Shown here: positions 61,448 through 64,000 of the stretch, piece after piece | Layout of the letters: each line of letters begins with the position of its first letter | How positions within the stretch are numbered: position 1 is the stretch's first letter | Source of the DNA: an uncultured Bacteriovoracaceae bacterium | GTDB taxonomy: Bacteria; Desulfobacterota; Desulfomonilia; UBA1062 | Direction: 5' to 3' | NCBI GenBank assembly: GCA_964618975.1 | Contig: CAZUDI010000015.1 | Span: forward strand, 412 to 64,411 | DNA length: 64,000 bases | Made by a program: the position numbers and the translations under genes | Notes under the pieces: generated by a model | What the model was told of the DNA's origin: nothing | Seen by the model: only the letters and a program-made list of their open reading frames with translations | Databases searched by the model: none

Positions 61448-61796
61448 CGTTGACCCCCTCCGTTTGATGGGTGATGGCCTCGTCATCCTCTGCGCCTTCC
61501 GACATCAGTGCGGCCTGGATGGCCGCCTTGAGGCGTTCCATCAGAGGGTCACCCGCCACGTGTGCGAAACGCGACTGCATCTCGGCGATCTTCTGCTGAG
61601 TGCTTTTGACCGGGCTTCCGAGGTCCACGGGGTGGCCCTTGAGGGTCACGGAGCTCACATTCATGCGTTTCAGGCGTTCGATGAGGGTGGCATTCAGCTC
61701 GGTGCCCTCGGCGCACAGGGCCATGCCCTTTTCGTTGAGCACCGGTTTGGCCAGGACCATGCCGGGTTTGACAAGCTCGAGGGGAACCTTCTGCAT
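61440..61796 (-). CDS. small hypothetical protein resembling the N-terminal module of HD-GYP proteins
   Basis: KVPLELVKPGMVLAKPV...L..EG.EL...LIERL pattern, here stand-alone. Confidence 0.65.
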   Translation of the reverse strand: MQKVPLELVKPGMVLAKPVLNEKGMALCAEGTELNATLIERLKRMNVSSVTLKGHPVDLGSPVKSTQQKIAEMQSRFAHVAGDPLMERLKAAIQAALMSEGAEDDEAITHQTEGVNDE

Positions 61797-61804
61797 GTAG
61801 TCTC

Positions 61805-63694
61805 CTACCTTATGCGCGCACCGACCACGGGCGGGCGGTCAAAGGTGATCAGTGTAAGGCTTTTGTCGGGTGTATCGGTAGCCAGGAGCATGCCCTGGGA
61901 GGCGATGCCCATGAGGGTGGCGGGCTTGAGATTAGTGACTACCGCGATATGCTTGCCCACCAGTTCCTGGGGGTCATAGGCCGTCGCGATTCCGGCCGCG
62001 ATCTGGATGGGGCGGCCTATATCCACCTGCAACAGGAGCAGCTTCTTGGACTTTTCCACGCGTTCGGCCGTGAGGATGCGGCCGACGCTTATCTCCACCT
62101 TGGCGAACTCTTCGATGTCGATGAGATTTTGCCGCGTGTGGCCATCCCCTGCCTCGGGTTGCTCGCGGACGAATTTTTCCACGCGGGGGAACAGCGCCGG
62201 GGCCGTCTGAACGGGCCTGCCCGGGCGCAGCACGTTGAAGCGCTCGAGGAGAGTCGCCTCGAGCGGCTCGGAAGCGCCGATGAGCGTGAGGATCTGTTGC
62301 GCGGTGGCGGGCATGACCGGATAGATCAGGGAGGCAACTATGCGGATGCCCTCCATGATGTGATACAGCACCGTGGCCAGACGCGCCTTGTCGGACTTGG
62401 CGAGCACCCACGGGGCGTTGTGGTCGATATATTTGTTCAGGGCCGAGATCAGGGACCAGACCGTTGCCATGGCCCCGTGCATCTCCAGGACTTCCATCTT
62501 GTCACGGTAGGTCTGTACGCATTTCAGGGCCAGGGAGCTAAGCTCGTGCTCGGTGTCCGTAAGGTCGTCTCCCGGCTGCGGCAGGGTGCCGGCACAGTAC
62601 TTGGCGACCATGCGGGTGCTGCGGCTGACAAGGTTGCCGAGGTCGTTGGCCAGGTCGGCATTGTAGCGGTCCACCAGGGCCTCCTCGGAAAAGTTGGAGT
62701 CGAGCCCGAAGACCATTTCGCGCACCAGGAAGTAGCGGAAGGCATCCAGGCCATAGGTCTGCTTCATCTCGAGGGGGTCCACCACGTTGCCGAGGCTTTT
62801 GGACATCTTGGTGGCGTCGATGTTCCAGAAGCCGTGGACATTCAGGTGCGCGTAGGGTTCGAGCCCCATGGCCTTGAGCATGGTGGGCCAGTAGACGGCA
62901 TGCGGCTTGAGGATGTCCTTGCCCACCAGATGCTGGCAGGAAGACCATAACTCATTGAAATCAATGCCTTCCGGGTAGCCGATACCGGTGAGGTAATTGA
63001 TGAGCGCATCAAACCATACGTAGCAGACATAGTTCGGGTCAAAGGGCAACTCGATGCCCCAGGTGAGCCGTTTCTTGGGACGGGAAATGCAGAGGTCATC
63101 CAGGGGCTCGCGCAGCATGCCCAGAACCTCGTTCCGGTAGCGTTCGGGACGGATGAAATCCGGATGCGTATTGATATAATCGATGAGCCAGGGCCGGTAT
63201 TTCTCCATCCTGAAGAAGTAATTCTGCTCCTGGACATAGACGAGTTCGCTGAGGTGGATGGGGCAGCGGCCGTCTTCCATCTCGCTGTCGGTGTAGAAGC
63301 GTTCGCACCCGATGCAGTAGTGTCCGCCGTATTCGCCGAAATAGATGTCCCCGTTGTCATAGACCTTTTGGAGGATGTTCCTGACGGTGGCTACATGGTC
63401 GTCTTCCGTGGTGCGGATGAAGCGGTCGATCTCGATCTCCAGGTCGGGCCAGAGTGCACGGAAGCGTGCACTGTTCTCGTCGGCGAGTTTGTCCGCGGTG
63501 GTGCCGAGCTTCTTGGCGGTTTCCACGATCTTGTCGCCGTGTTCGTCGGTGCCGGTGAGGAAAAAGACCTTCTCCCCCATTAGCTTGTGATAGCGGGCCA
63601 GCACATCCGCAATCACGGTGGTATAGACATGGCCCAGATGGGGCTTGGCGTTTACGTAGTAGATCGGTGTAGTGACGTAGAACGACTGTCTCAT
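61805..63694 (-). CDS. metG: methionyl-tRNA synthetase with C-terminal tRNA-binding domain
   Basis: TTPIYY...PHLGH (HIGH), GTDEHG, YVWFDAL, KMSKS, NDLGNL, C-terminal Trbp111-like domain. Confidence 0.98.
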   Translation of the reverse strand: MRQSFYVTTPIYYVNAKPHLGHVYTTVIADVLARYHKLMGEKVFFLTGTDEHGDKIVETAKKLGTTADKLADENSARFRALWPDLEIEIDRFIRTTEDDHVATVRNILQKVYDNGDIYFGEYGGHYCIGCERFYTDSEMEDGRCPIHLSELVYVQEQNYFFRMEKYRPWLIDYINTHPDFIRPERYRNEVLGMLREPLDDLCISRPKKRLTWGIELPFDPNYVCYVWFDALINYLTGIGYPEGIDFNELWSSCQHLVGKDILKPHAVYWPTMLKAMGLEPYAHLNVHGFWNIDATKMSKSLGNVVDPLEMKQTYGLDAFRYFLVREMVFGLDSNFSEEALVDRYNADLANDLGNLVSRSTRMVAKYCAGTLPQPGDDLTDTEHELSSLALKCVQTYRDKMEVLEMHGAMATVWSLISALNKYIDHNAPWVLAKSDKARLATVLYHIMEGIRIVASLIYPVMPATAQQILTLIGASEPLEATLLERFNVLRPGRPVQTAPALFPRVEKFVREQPEAGDGHTRQNLIDIEEFAKVEISVGRILTAERVEKSKKLLLLQVDIGRPIQIAAGIATAYDPQELVGKHIAVVTNLKPATLMGIASQGMLLATDTPDKSLTLITFDRPPVVGARIR

Positions 63695-64000
63695 GTGGGC
63701 GTGCTCCTTTTCTTTTTCGATCTGCGCTTGCGTGGGGGACGCTTCTTCTTGGCGGGTGCCTTCTCCGTTTCCTTCACGGAGGACCTTGCCGCGTGGGCAC
63801 TGGAGGCGGCCTCGATCTGCGCCTTGCGCTCCTGTTGCTTTTCCTCGGAGACGCGTGCGAAATCCTCGGCCGTCAGGATGTCCATGGCCTTGGCCTTGAC
63901 GAAGCGCCGGTCTTCCAGTTTGGCGATGAAGGTCTGGGAGATTACGTTGATACTGACCACCGTGGCCTCCCCCTGTTCGAGGAAGACCTTTTTGCCGGTC
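63691..64000 (-). CDS. 3' end of a PSP1/RicT(YaaT)-like protein, truncated by the window edge
   Basis: Frame stays open to the edge (TGKKVFLEQGEATVVSINV...), Lys/Arg-rich tail, stop overlaps metG start; family call rests mainly on synteny. Confidence 0.5.
   Translation of the reverse strand, partial: TGKKVFLEQGEATVVSINVISQTFIAKLEDRRFVKAKAMDILTAEDFARVSEEKQQERKAQIEAASSAHAARSSVKETEKAPAKKKRPPRKRRSKKKRSTPT

Overview
A high-GC chromosomal window, most likely from an anaerobic deltaproteobacterium (Desulfobacterota-like). That placement is inferred from gene content and order, not from a database search. It is mostly core genome: a 4-subunit 2-oxoacid:ferredoxin oxidoreductase, PBP1B, pyrG-kdsA-kdsC-lptCAB-rpoN-hpf-ptsN, xerC-hslVU, rsmA, and a long minus-strand run psp1-metG-...-purB-pyrE-...-tsaD. 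I found no rRNA, tRNA, CRISPR array, transposase or prophage gene. The most notable items are: (1) an apparently uncharacterised TetR / class II aldolase / class III aminotransferase / FGGY kinase / MFS cluster that reads like an amino-polyol catabolic route; (2) a Csd6/Pgp2-like plus Csd4/Pgp1-like peptidoglycan-trimming pair flanking an unknown membrane protein; (3) a family of ~70-bp intergenic repeats with five near-full copies, two of which bracket yhaM, plus a 42-bp perfect palindrome and a REP-like inverted doublet; (4) a CBS-PAS-PAS sigma54 activator followed by a complete enhancer/IHF/sigma54 promoter layout in front of prpE-satP. Many start sites were moved from the ORF track using Shine-Dalgarno context. 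Family assignments come from recalled motifs and still need HMM confirmation.
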